Shown piece by piece: positions 21,969-22,260 of a stretch of 22,260 nt of DNA. The notes beneath the pieces were generated by a model. It worked only from the letters and a program-made list of their open reading frames with translations, searched no databases and was not told the DNA's origin. The DNA is from a virus (taxonomy: Duplodnaviria > Heunggongvirae > Uroviricota > Caudoviricetes): positions 1 to 22,260 of IMG/VR virus record IMGVR_UViG_3300035660_000003; one strand, given 5' to 3'. Made by a program: the position numbers and the translations under genes. The first letter of the stretch is position 1; each line of letters starts with the position of its first letter.

Positions 21969-22177
21969 AATCCGATTACGGGTATCAAAAAATGTGCGTA
22001 TGTCGTTTCCTTAATTGCACACTTACAGAATTGAAGGAACGTATCAAAAATCCAGCCGATTATATGACTATTTTAGCTTATTTATATGAGGAAGGAGAAA
22101 GAATTAATGCAGGTTCGAAATTGCCGTCAAGTTCAAGTGGTGGGTCTTTTAAGAGACAACCACAAATGGGGAGATAA
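21959..22177 (+). other. Programmed -1 frameshift site A AAT TTT (21959-21965) and the gpGT-like extension to the stop at 22177
   Basis: X XXY YYZ heptamer directly before TAA; the -1 frame stays open (LKSDYGYQKMCVCRFLNC...QMGR). Confidence 0.8.
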
Positions 22178-22180
22178 AAG

Positions 22181-22260
22181 ATGTCAGTAGTATATGAAAC
22201 AGGTTATGGAAAAGAAGAAACCAAAGAAACAATTGAAAGGGTTGGTGAAGACCTAGTGGG
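22181..22260 (+). CDS. 5' start of a probable tape measure protein (truncated)
   Basis: MSVVYETGYGKEETKETIERVGEDLV...; called only from its position after the TAC frameshift. Confidence 0.45.
   Translation, partial: MSVVYETGYGKEETKETIERVGEDLV

Larger units (their letters stand above)
1..22260. mobile_element. Fragment of a tailed (head-tail) archaeal virus or provirus genome
   Basis: Terminase large subunit, HK97-type MCP, prohead protease, scaffold, adaptor, tail terminator, tail tube and TAC frameshift are all present. Expression signals are archaeal (GGTGA SD, TATA/BRE), as are RadA and the PriS/PriL-like primase. No cellular housekeeping genes are seen. Confidence 0.95.

Noticed and set aside
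21872-22177. Independent 101-aa gene starting at 21872
   Set aside because: It overlaps the TAC by about 100 nt with no SD; better explained as the -1 frameshift extension.
1-22260. tRNA/rRNA genes, integrase/att sites, alternative genetic code
   Set aside because: No T-loop GTTCRA arm in a cloverleaf context, no recombinase motifs, and TAA, TAG and TGA all terminate well-supported genes.

Overview
AT-rich 22.3-kb internal fragment of a tailed archaeal virus (Caudoviricetes-type). Archaeal host evidence: GGTGA/GTGAT ribosome-binding sites, recurrent BRE+TATA promoters (about CCGYAAnnTTTAWATA), a RadA-type recombinase and a PriS/PriL-type primase. No integrase, att site or host gene is visible, so free virus versus provirus cannot be decided. 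The left two thirds is almost all on the minus strand. It carries a replication/nucleotide block (dATP/dGTP-diphosphohydrolase-like, NDT-family enzyme, AEP primase, RadA, PC4-like protein, HNH nucleases), then tail terminator, head-tail adaptor, HK97-fold major capsid protein, scaffold and prohead protease, and a metallophosphoesterase. The right end carries a HExxH mini-protease, an isolated tail-tube gene, terminase, two membrane proteins, a Cas4-like nuclease, a tail-assembly chaperone with a -1 frameshift site and the start of a probable tape-measure gene. The least explained part is the strand-switch region at about 15.5-16.9 kb. It has four near-helically-phased 16-bp palindromes TTAATCARTTGATTAA (a fifth copy lies over a promoter 5.5 kb away), a wHTH-like/Zn-ribbon gene pair, and a C/A-skewed tract with a telescoping CTCAT repeat. 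All functional calls come from motifs read by eye; no searches were run.
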